Shown piece after piece: positions 22,749-30,337 of a stretch of DNA of 32,000 bases. The stretch lies in contig JBDHVY010000001.1 in NCBI GenBank assembly GCA_039809905.1, positions 750,001-782,000 on the forward strand, read 5' to 3'. This stretch comes from Candidatus Babelota bacterium (GTDB lineage: Bacteria > Babelota > Babeliae > Babelales > Vermiphilaceae). Position 1 is the stretch's first letter; each line of letters begins with the position of its first letter. The notes under the pieces are model-generated. The model did not search any database, was not told the origin of the DNA, and saw nothing but the letters and a program-made list of their open reading frames with translations. Both the position numbers and the translations under genes were made by a program.

Positions 22749-24587
22749 ATGGGGAGATCTTATCAGTCGAGATTTTTTAAATTCTTTCTTTTTTCTTTTG
22801 TTTGGGTGTCGATATTCGCAGAACATCATTATGCAAGATTCGCAATAAATTATACTCGGTTAGATGATAAATCTGTTAAAGAGTATAGATCAAGTAGTGA
22901 TTTTTCCCATGATAAGAAATGGTATCAACATAATATATTTTGCACCAACCAGTCTCTTTTTAGTAATTATACAGCTCATGATTTTAAGAGTCATTTTACT
23001 ACACGAGGATATACAGAATCAGAAATTCTGAATCAATCTTGTTTATACATGTCGGATGAATTTGTAAAACATGCACAAACATATTCAGGTTATAAAAATA
23101 AAATACGAGAAATGTATGTTGAATTAAAAAATCTTAGCGTAATTCAAAAAGCTTGTCGTGTAGTGAATGGAACTTACTGTAGAAAATTACAAAAGCGGAT
23201 TGGGGATCTTTATAGATCATTAGACGCAATTAAAGAAGAACCACAGATCAAAGGATATTATAATCCGATTAATGCTGCAGAAAAAACTTTTCATCCAACT
23301 ATTTCTGAACATTTTGCAGAATATGAAACATTAGAATCTGTTTATCAATCGCATACGCCAAATCTGTCAAAAGCAATTAATGCGCGATCAGTTATATATA
23401 GAAATAGTGCTGCTAATAATTCTTGGCTTCAGCCAATACAGAAATCCTACAATCTCGATGATAACATTAAAAAATTACTATCTCGATATGGCCATAAGGC
23501 TGATTCTTTTACTCATTGTTATGGCAATCAATTGCAGCAGGTTATTCATCAGGAATCATTAGATATCCTTAGCCATGTAGATAATCTCCCTCCGCATTCC
23601 GTTTTGTATGATCATCAAGAAGCTCTTATTGATATGGCTGCATCTATTGTTGACTATAATCACGCAGATATGCCAGATAAAGCGATGGTTGTTGCGGATT
23701 TTTGTTGGACGTTGCTTGATTATGGCCAAGCAATTGCTGAAGGTGCAGCTTTAGGATTATATTCTGCTGCACATGATATTCTGACCAATCCTATTGAAGC
23801 AACAGTATCTATCGTTGCAGGTAAGCAAGTTCTTGCATTCCAATTATGCAAAGTCCTTTATAATGTTGCTGATATTGGAGCAACAGCGATACATGATTTT
23901 AAAACAGCTCAAGACAAGTGGGATAAGTATACTGAGCCTTTGAATACTATTATCGATGCTATCAACAAAAAAGAAATTGCTGTAAGAGATGCAATTAAGG
24001 CTGGTACCGCTTTTGTGGTGGGTTATAGAGCTCAGGGGAAGTTGCTTGGAGGATTGGGCAAATTTTGTAATACCATTAAGCACAAAAGTATTAGCTTTGT
24101 TAAAAATAGTCCGTTGTTTAGTCCACAGGACTATTTAACAACGCCAGAAGGCTTGCTGTTTAAGGTTGCAAAACTAAATCAACTTGAGCATCCAAATAAA
24201 GCTTCATATTTAAAAGAATCTATTGAAAACCGAATAGGAACAGTGTGGGATACTATTAAACCTACTGATCTTATGTATCCGGGGACAAAAATTCCTAAAT
24301 CATTTGAGCTTACTTTGGGAAATCAGAAACTTTGGGTTGCTCCCAATGCAACTAAACACATGACAGACTATGCGGTAAAACATCTTGAAGTTACACATTC
24401 TGTTCCTATGAATAGCCAAGCCTTGCTTACTAGTTTTAAAATTGCTGTGGAGCAAGCTGTATCTAAAGGTATACTATATGACACAATGATTAGAGTTGGT
24501 TGCTGGGAATTTAGATTTGGCATGCCTCGAAAAGCCGGTTTATTACCAAGTATTTATCATGCAAATTTTAAACCAAATGGATGGTAA
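22749..24587 (+). CDS. Polymorphic-toxin-like secreted protein 2 (conserved body + C-terminal module CT2)
   Basis: 612 aa. aa 1-472 are paralogous to toxin 1 and end in YLTTPEGLLFK. The unrelated 140-aa tail (24165-24584) carries LWVAPNATKHMTDYAVKH...CWEFRFG. Confidence 0.75.
   Translation: MGRSYQSRFFKFFLFSFVWVSIFAEHHYARFAINYTRLDDKSVKEYRSSSDFSHDKKWYQHNIFCTNQSLFSNYTAHDFKSHFTTRGYTESEILNQSCLYMSDEFVKHAQTYSGYKNKIREMYVELKNLSVIQKACRVVNGTYCRKLQKRIGDLYRSLDAIKEEPQIKGYYNPINAAEKTFHPTISEHFAEYETLESVYQSHTPNLSKAINARSVIYRNSAANNSWLQPIQKSYNLDDNIKKLLSRYGHKADSFTHCYGNQLQQVIHQESLDILSHVDNLPPHSVLYDHQEALIDMAASIVDYNHADMPDKAMVVADFCWTLLDYGQAIAEGAALGLYSAAHDILTNPIEATVSIVAGKQVLAFQLCKVLYNVADIGATAIHDFKTAQDKWDKYTEPLNTIIDAINKKEIAVRDAIKAGTAFVVGYRAQGKLLGGLGKFCNTIKHKSISFVKNSPLFSPQDYLTTPEGLLFKVAKLNQLEHPNKASYLKESIENRIGTVWDTIKPTDLMYPGTKIPKSFELTLGNQKLWVAPNATKHMTDYAVKHLEVTHSVPMNSQALLTSFKIAVEQAVSKGILYDTMIRVGCWEFRFGMPRKAGLLPSIYHANFKPNGW
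23705..24164 (+). repeat. High-identity block shared with toxin 1 (partner 20828-21287)
   Basis: See the partner feature. Identity ends abruptly one codon after ...GLLFK. Confidence 0.8.
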
Positions 24588-24614
24588 TTTTTAAATTATA
24601 AAAGTCAAAATAAG

Positions 24615-25124
24615 ATGTTAAAACTCAAAAATATTTCACCTATTACTAGAGAAATTTACAATGAATCAGATTGTTACATTAAAATTAGATTGCTATTTAA
24701 GCAGCTAGAACCTTCAGATGGTGTGTGCTATTGGAATGCTTATGGGCAAGCAAGTTCTTTAACAGAAATTACCTTGTACAATCCAACGGGAGCCATTTAT
24801 GATCTGACAATTTTTTTTGCTGTCTCTAATATTAAACGGAAAGATATATCAACAATAAAAAATGAGGCGATTGAAAAAATTGGTTTTCCCTTATTTGAAA
24901 CTTATATAGAAAAATACCAAGAAGGATATTACCATCTGCCGGAAGAAAAAATTGACTTTGAGATTCATGTTGGGGAAAAAGATACCACTATTTTATTTTC
25001 ATCGAATTCAGTAGTACTTCACGTTAATAATGAATCAGTTATTTTTGGTTTTGATTGTGATAATGACCTATGCTATATCCATCTGAAAAATATGACTTTA
25101 AATGAAGAAGGTTTTTTGAAATAA
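24615..25124 (+). CDS. Immunity-like protein for CT2
   Basis: 169-aa ORF 27 nt downstream of toxin 2, same strand, no signal peptide. Confidence 0.55.
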   Translation: MLKLKNISPITREIYNESDCYIKIRLLFKQLEPSDGVCYWNAYGQASSLTEITLYNPTGAIYDLTIFFAVSNIKRKDISTIKNEAIEKIGFPLFETYIEKYQEGYYHLPEEKIDFEIHVGEKDTTILFSSNSVVLHVNNESVIFGFDCDNDLCYIHLKNMTLNEEGFLK

Positions 25125-25172
25125 AAATAGTTAACCTCTTCAACCTCTAAAAACTTCAAATAAAGAGTACGT

Positions 25173-25505
25173 ATGATTAAGGATTCTTTTATTAACATAC
25201 AAGAAATAGAAAGTGAACTAAAAAATATGTTAGAGATAGCGGAAATCTTTAGCATAAAATTTGCATTAATGAGTCAACAAGTAGCATATATCTTTTCTCA
25301 ATTAAAAAACTGTAAAACATATGAAGATGTGGATTGTTATTTTAAATGCTTAGATATAATCCAAGGAGATTTAGCCCGTTTATCTTACGAATATAATGTA
25401 GGATTACCTGATCGGTTGATGAGATTTGTGCATGATTTTGATAATTTTGAAGAAGCAAAAAAATATTATTTTCCAAAAATAAAAAGTGGAGAATATTCAT
25501 TTTAG
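25173..25505 (+). CDS. Second small immunity-like/orphan ORF
   Basis: 110-aa helical, acidic ORF, same strand. Lies between immunity 2 and the orphan CT1 fragment. Confidence 0.4.
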   Translation: MIKDSFINIQEIESELKNMLEIAEIFSIKFALMSQQVAYIFSQLKNCKTYEDVDCYFKCLDIIQGDLARLSYEYNVGLPDRLMRFVHDFDNFEEAKKYYFPKIKSGEYSF

Positions 25506-25514
25506 TGCAGCTTA

Positions 25515-25638
25515 AGAACTAAGGTCTAGCTACATTTGTGGGATGTTCAATTATCAAAACAAGATATACAACAAGTAGGATGGATGACTCGTGATAATAG
25601 TCATCTTAATGTTAGTTTAGATGGCAGGGTAACTCATA
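25515..25638 (+). pseudogene. Orphan fragment of the toxin-1 C-terminal module
   Basis: Homologous to 21540-21663. The last ~100 nt are nearly identical, encoding WDVQLSKQDIQQVGWMTRDNSHLNVSLDGRVTH. A diverged patch introduces an in-frame TAG. There is no start codon or body. Confidence 0.8.
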
Positions 25639-25710
25639 TTTGTAGGGTTTTGTTTTGAAATAATATCAGATGATAGTGTAACAAAATGAAAAAAGATTGC
25701 TCATTTGCTG
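25639..25710 (+). repeat. Patchwork scar: copy of Rep-gene segment (19114-19149) fused to copy of recombinase-upstream segment (16325-16362)
   Basis: TTGTAGGGTTTTGTTTTGAAaTAATAtCAgaTGATA matches 19114-19149 (4 mismatches). GATAGTGTAACA...GATTGCT...CTG matches 16325-16362. The two overlap at TGATA. Confidence 0.6.
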
Positions 25711-25867
25711 TTCTTTAGACCTTTTTTAATAGAAATAGGCTCATAGATAGCAGATATAGCTAAAAAATTAATCCATAGATGTTTTTCTATAAAAATGACC
25801 ATTTGATTATTTATTTGTGTGTGGTACGCTAATAACAAGGCTAAAATATTACAAACATAGAGGTTTT

Positions 25868-26434
25868 ATGAAAACATTACGAAAACATGCGATTATTGCT
25901 TTTTTATTAGTTGCAATGACTACAATAATTCCTATACATGCTAATTCAAATATTAACTATCAAACTAAAGCGGAAGAATTATTGATTGAACTCAAAAAAA
26001 CTGAAGCTCCCTGGTATAAAACATCCGAAGGACTTAAGGATTGTGCGAGTACTATCGGGATAGTTGCAACATGGGTATCTTTTCCTTTTGTATTCCATTC
26101 TTATGTAGATGCAAAGATGGGACTTGAAGGAAAACCCAAAAACCAGACTTCTCTGTTAGATGAGATCAAGAAATGGTCAAAAGAAGCCACGGCAACTGAG
26201 AGAGTCGGTATAGGATTTATTTCGCTGTCTTTTATTGGATTGCTTTTTTCTCTGCCGGTAATGACAGGAAATAGTAGGTCGAAAAAAAGTGAAATTCCAT
26301 GGTATAAAAAACCTGAAGTGCATAAGGATTGTAAGGATTTTGCAGTTATTGCAGGAGCAGTAGCGGGATGGGCGTCATCTCCATATATATTCTATGCATG
26401 TAAAGATCAGATCAAGAAATGGCTAAAGATATAA
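25868..26434 (+). CDS. Small membrane protein with internal duplication (family shared with 28031-28270)
   Basis: Start at Met 25868 (RBS agagg). Signal leader. Two repeats of the form PWYK..E..KDC + TM helix + IKKW. Confidence 0.6.
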   Translation: MKTLRKHAIIAFLLVAMTTIIPIHANSNINYQTKAEELLIELKKTEAPWYKTSEGLKDCASTIGIVATWVSFPFVFHSYVDAKMGLEGKPKNQTSLLDEIKKWSKEATATERVGIGFISLSFIGLLFSLPVMTGNSRSKKSEIPWYKKPEVHKDCKDFAVIAGAVAGWASSPYIFYACKDQIKKWLKI

Positions 26435-26570
26435 TTGTAAATAATCTCTATCTCAGTAAGCAATAAACTCGAAGATAGTCTTGCTTGCGAGGAAGAATTC
26501 CAGGCTGAATTTGAAAGAATGAGTGCGCAGAAAAGCGACATCAAAAAGAAGAGCAGATAAAAAATATTTT

Positions 26571-26598
26571 TATAGGGCATAGATTTCCATGCCCTATA
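26571..26598. terminator. 10-bp perfect hairpin, possible bidirectional terminator
   Basis: TATAGGGCAT-agatttcc-ATGCCCTATA, flanked by an A-run upstream and TTTCCT downstream. Confidence 0.45.
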
Positions 26599-26708
26599 TT
26601 TCCTAAAAAACAGTAATTTTATTTGATATAATTTTTGAGTAAAGCATGCTGTTTTCATTCGTATATGAAAAAATAGATTATTGGTTTCATATCTTTTATA
26701 TTATTCTT

Positions 26709-27494
26709 ATGAAGAAAAATTTAAAAAAAGGTCATAAATTTAATGGCCCTTTATTGAGTTCTGTAAGGTTCAATCCTTCTGAAGAAATAAATAATTCTGC
26801 TTATCCTTTTTGTTTAGAAATTATTCAGAATTTAAAAGAAATAGACTTCTCTTCGCCAGTTACTTTCTTTGTGGGCGAAAATGGTACAGGTAAATCAACG
26901 CTGCTTGAGTCAGTTGCCTACCATGCCGGTTTTGGGTCAGAAGGAGGGAGTAAAAATATTTCTTTTAAGACATCCAAGGATGATACCTATTCAGGTGTTC
27001 AAGGTTTAGCTGATCAGCTCATTCTTTCGTGGAAACAAAAGCCTAAAGATGGGTATTTCTTTAGGGCAGAAACTTTTTACAATATTGCAAACCATTTAGA
27101 CTATCTTAATGATGAGAGTGGTGGAGCTTATGCTTCATATGGTGGCAAATCTTTGCACCATCAATCTCATGGTGAAAGCTTTTTATCTTTTTTTAAAAAT
27201 AGAATGGGTAAAGGCGGATTTTTTATATTAGATGAGCCTGAAGCCGCGCTTTCGCCGCAGCGTCAAATTGCTTTGTTGTTGGTTATTCATCAATTATGCA
27301 AAGATTCCAATACTCAGTTTATTATTGCAACTCATTCGCCCATTTTACTTGCTTATCCAAAAGCAGTTATTTATTCGTGTGATGAAAAACAGCTAAAGCA
27401 AATTATGTATACAGAAACAGCTCATTATAAAATAACTAAAGATTTTCTTAATAATCCTGATCTCTATCTAGGAAAATTATTCTCTATGGAATAA
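26709..27494 (+). CDS. Stand-alone ABC/SMC-like P-loop ATPase (COG3910-like, from memory)
   Basis: Walker A GENGTGKST, signature-like SHGES, Walker B FFILDEPEAALS, H-loop IIATHSP. Met 26709 is the likely start. No TM or partner domain. Confidence 0.8.
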   Translation: MKKNLKKGHKFNGPLLSSVRFNPSEEINNSAYPFCLEIIQNLKEIDFSSPVTFFVGENGTGKSTLLESVAYHAGFGSEGGSKNISFKTSKDDTYSGVQGLADQLILSWKQKPKDGYFFRAETFYNIANHLDYLNDESGGAYASYGGKSLHHQSHGESFLSFFKNRMGKGGFFILDEPEAALSPQRQIALLLVIHQLCKDSNTQFIIATHSPILLAYPKAVIYSCDEKQLKQIMYTETAHYKITKDFLNNPDLYLGKLFSME

Positions 27495-27541
27495 TAATGT
27501 AACAAGGCAAAAGAGGATAACGATGTTATATTTTTTGTATC

Positions 27542-27886
27542 CTACTTATGGCTGCTATATAATTCGAATAAATTTCCCGTAACCATTAACCAACACAAAA
27601 TAGTTCCTAATATTTTATCACCTAACATAGGCTGAGGGTCAACTGGTTTTTTCTTATAATATATATCGTGCATAGTACGATATGTTACTGTAGAAGAAAT
27701 AGTACCAAGACTACTCCATAAAAGCGCGTTGTAAATTCTATTCTTGAAGGGTAGTCTAAAATCATCACTATTCCATGTAACTGCTTTAAAAGTTCTAGCC
27801 TTGACTGTTTCTTTTGATGAAGTAGCTATATTTAATGCGGGATTTGCGCATACCAGAGCACTTAAAAGAAATACTGCTTTGTTCAT
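27542..27886 (-). CDS. Hypothetical small secreted/membrane protein
   Basis: 114 aa with signal-like leader MNKAVFLLSALVCANPALN and a C-terminal hydrophobic helix. TTGACA-containing upstream region. Confidence 0.45.
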   Translation of the reverse strand: MNKAVFLLSALVCANPALNIATSSKETVKARTFKAVTWNSDDFRLPFKNRIYNALLWSSLGTISSTVTYRTMHDIYYKKKPVDPQPMLGDKILGTILCWLMVTGNLFELYSSHK

Positions 27887-28030
27887 AATAACCCCTATTT
27901 AATTATTTTTTATAACTCTAACTGTAGCAATTTTTTACTTTTTGTCAATATATAAAATTACAAATTGACTATTTGCTTATGTGTGGTACGCTGACAACAA
28001 GACTAAAATATCACAAACATAGAGGTTTTT

Positions 28031-28270
28031 ATGAAAATATCACGAAAACATGCGACTATGGCTTTTTTATTGATTGCAATGGCTGCAATAGTTCCTGTAT
28101 ATGGTAACTCAGGCATTAAGGATCAGGCTAAAGAAGTAGAAATATTGGTTGAGCCTAAAAAATCTGAAATGCTGTGGGTTTATGCAAAATTAGGATTATT
28201 ATTTTGTGTAATCGTTGCCTATGGGGTATCAAAGCCTGGAGGAGATAGAGATAATATACGACAGCCTTAA
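28031..28270 (+). CDS. Truncated paralogue of membrane protein 25868-26434
   Basis: 79 aa. The upstream region and the first ~55 codons are homologous to 25812-26015 (MKISRKHATMAFLLIAMAAIVP vs MKTLRKHAIIAFLLVAMTTIIP). Confidence 0.5.
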   Translation: MKISRKHATMAFLLIAMAAIVPVYGNSGIKDQAKEVEILVEPKKSEMLWVYAKLGLLFCVIVAYGVSKPGGDRDNIRQP

Positions 28271-28388
28271 AATGTTTTTAGGGAATCCCGGATTATCTTG
28301 AATACCAGTTCATAAGTATCTGTTTTTGCTCTACAATCACAAGATAATTATCATTGGTAACTTAGTTTTTGAGGCATTGAGGTCAAAT

Positions 28389-29348
28389 ATGAATAAATTA
28401 AATCAAGTGCTTTCTGTTCTAGTAGTGACAACTGTCATATTTCTTCCGTTGTTTGGTAGGATGGATGAGATAAAAGATAAGTTGTATAAGTCTATTGAAA
28501 GACCAACTATTTATAATGCTGGTGTGTACACAATTGATAAAACAGCGAAGTTTCTATCAAATGGTATTGTATTATTGGCCCATATTACTGATAAAAAAGA
28601 ACTTGCTTTGCAAAAAATTGATCGTAGGCTTGTCAAAATTGAAGAAAATATAAAGAATGATGAATTAAATGCCATTAATGCATTGTACCAAGAATTTAAT
28701 GTTTCTGGTGAAGACCAACAAACAATTAATTCAATTTTAAGACAATATAAAGAGTTGCAGAAGCAAATTCTTTTATCTTCTGTCCAAAAAGGATGTAATA
28801 CTTTGGAATGTGCGTCTTCTGAAATTTTATCTTTTTGTGAACAAGTAGGTATTAATCCGAATGCAATACAAGTAAAAAAATCTGATACATCCAAAAGTCT
28901 TCTTGCTGATGCTAGAGGGTTACGAGCAACCTATCAATTCGAAAATAATGCGCTAATCATAAATGATGACGATATAATTAGTTATCCATCAGTTATACTG
29001 TATCCTGGTTTTTTTGAATTATCTTATGACGAGGAAAATGCTTGCCTTGCGCATGAATTAACTCACCTTGCTTTGCAACATCATACAGTTATAAATATAT
29101 TGGGTAGGGAAATAAGTTATTTTACGGGAGCAAAAAAAGAAGAAATTATCAAAAGTAAAAACTGGAAAAATTTAGAAATCATTCATGAGCGGCAAGCAGA
29201 AGTTCTTCTTAAAGATGCTGAATGGGCATCAAGAATGAGAGATAAGCGTAATGGTGGATATTATCCAGATCATTTATTTCTTAAGCATTATGCACAACTG
29301 ACCGAGATTGATGAATTACATAGATTAAAAGAAAAGCTTAAAAAATAA
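28389..29348 (+). CDS. Membrane-anchored HExxH protein (putative zinc metallopeptidase)
   Basis: Start at Met 28389 (RBS gagg). N-terminal TM helix. Motif CLAHELTHLALQHH with a downstream IHERQAE. Family not recognised. Confidence 0.55.
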   Translation: MNKLNQVLSVLVVTTVIFLPLFGRMDEIKDKLYKSIERPTIYNAGVYTIDKTAKFLSNGIVLLAHITDKKELALQKIDRRLVKIEENIKNDELNAINALYQEFNVSGEDQQTINSILRQYKELQKQILLSSVQKGCNTLECASSEILSFCEQVGINPNAIQVKKSDTSKSLLADARGLRATYQFENNALIINDDDIISYPSVILYPGFFELSYDEENACLAHELTHLALQHHTVINILGREISYFTGAKKEEIIKSKNWKNLEIIHERQAEVLLKDAEWASRMRDKRNGGYYPDHLFLKHYAQLTEIDELHRLKEKLKK

Positions 29349-29399
29349 AAACATAGATGCGAATTGACAAGTTCAAAGAACAAATTATACAATCAATGT

Positions 29400-30269
29400 A
29401 TGCTTATTAAAAAAAAATTATGCGTATGGATTTTGTTCTTGTGTACTCAATCTATGTGTACAATTTCTCTCAAAGAACAGTTCAGCCAGTTTGGCTATCT
29501 AGAAATATGCGATAAAGATCATAGTATAGCAACCTATGATGCTCTTTACGCATCTTTCGATGAGCTTATAACATTTTTTCGGGAAAATCCGACGTGGGCT
29601 CAAAAATTATATATTGCAAAAGAACGTTTTATCCGCTCAGAAGATAGAAATTATTATTCGACTGATTTTTTTGGTTTCTATGATGAATCAGAAAGAAAAG
29701 AAAGAAGCCAAATTTCTTTTTATTATTCAGAACATTTTCACCATTTTATTTTTCATCATTATCCAGAATTTAAACAAGCTTTGCCAATCATCAAGTTTTT
29801 TGAAATGTGCTGTGCGATACAACAATCAAGCAGAAATGTATTCAATGAAGCTGCAGCACAGCTAAATGTGGAAACTATTTTTTTTTCAAATTATGGACAT
29901 CCTCCGACGCTTTTAAAAATAATAAAATATCTTCCGTCTTATAATGTCTCTCGACCTCATTATGATGGAACTGTGTTTTCTCTTTTTCTTGATAGTACTG
30001 ACAATCAATTACTTCTGCTTTCTCCTTATAAATCTGTATTTACGGATAATGATTTTTCTTCTCCTTTAAGAAAGTTTTCAAGGTCTTATAATCAAAATTC
30101 TATTGTGCTTATTCCGGGAACGCTTCTCACGGAGTTTTCTCTGTATCCAACTCCTCATATTGTTCAGCAAAGCGGAAAAATTCGATACGCTACCATTGCA
30201 TTTGCCATGAGACCTCATTACACGTCTCAAAAAAATAATTTTTCAGTTTTACCTGACGTTAAATCTTGA
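29400..30269 (+). CDS. Secreted 2OG-Fe(II) oxygenase-like protein
   Basis: Signal-like leader MLIKKKLCVWILFLCTQSMC. HxD...H...R pattern with typical spacing (PHYDGTVFSLFL ... YPTPHIVQQSGKIRYATIAFAMRP). Confidence 0.5.
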   Translation: MLIKKKLCVWILFLCTQSMCTISLKEQFSQFGYLEICDKDHSIATYDALYASFDELITFFRENPTWAQKLYIAKERFIRSEDRNYYSTDFFGFYDESERKERSQISFYYSEHFHHFIFHHYPEFKQALPIIKFFEMCCAIQQSSRNVFNEAAAQLNVETIFFSNYGHPPTLLKIIKYLPSYNVSRPHYDGTVFSLFLDSTDNQLLLLSPYKSVFTDNDFSSPLRKFSRSYNQNSIVLIPGTLLTEFSLYPTPHIVQQSGKIRYATIAFAMRPHYTSQKNNFSVLPDVKS

Positions 30270-30337
30270 ATTTATCTTCAAAAGAATATAATGATGAAAA
30301 ATAATTCTATAAAGAAAAAAGTAAGGTAGGATATGCT

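Noticed and set aside
26407-26658. 83-aa minus-strand ORF between the membrane-protein gene and the ATPase gene
   Set aside because: It overlaps the ends of both flanking plus-strand genes and spans the 26571-26598 palindrome. It has no RBS and a low-complexity hydrophobic product.
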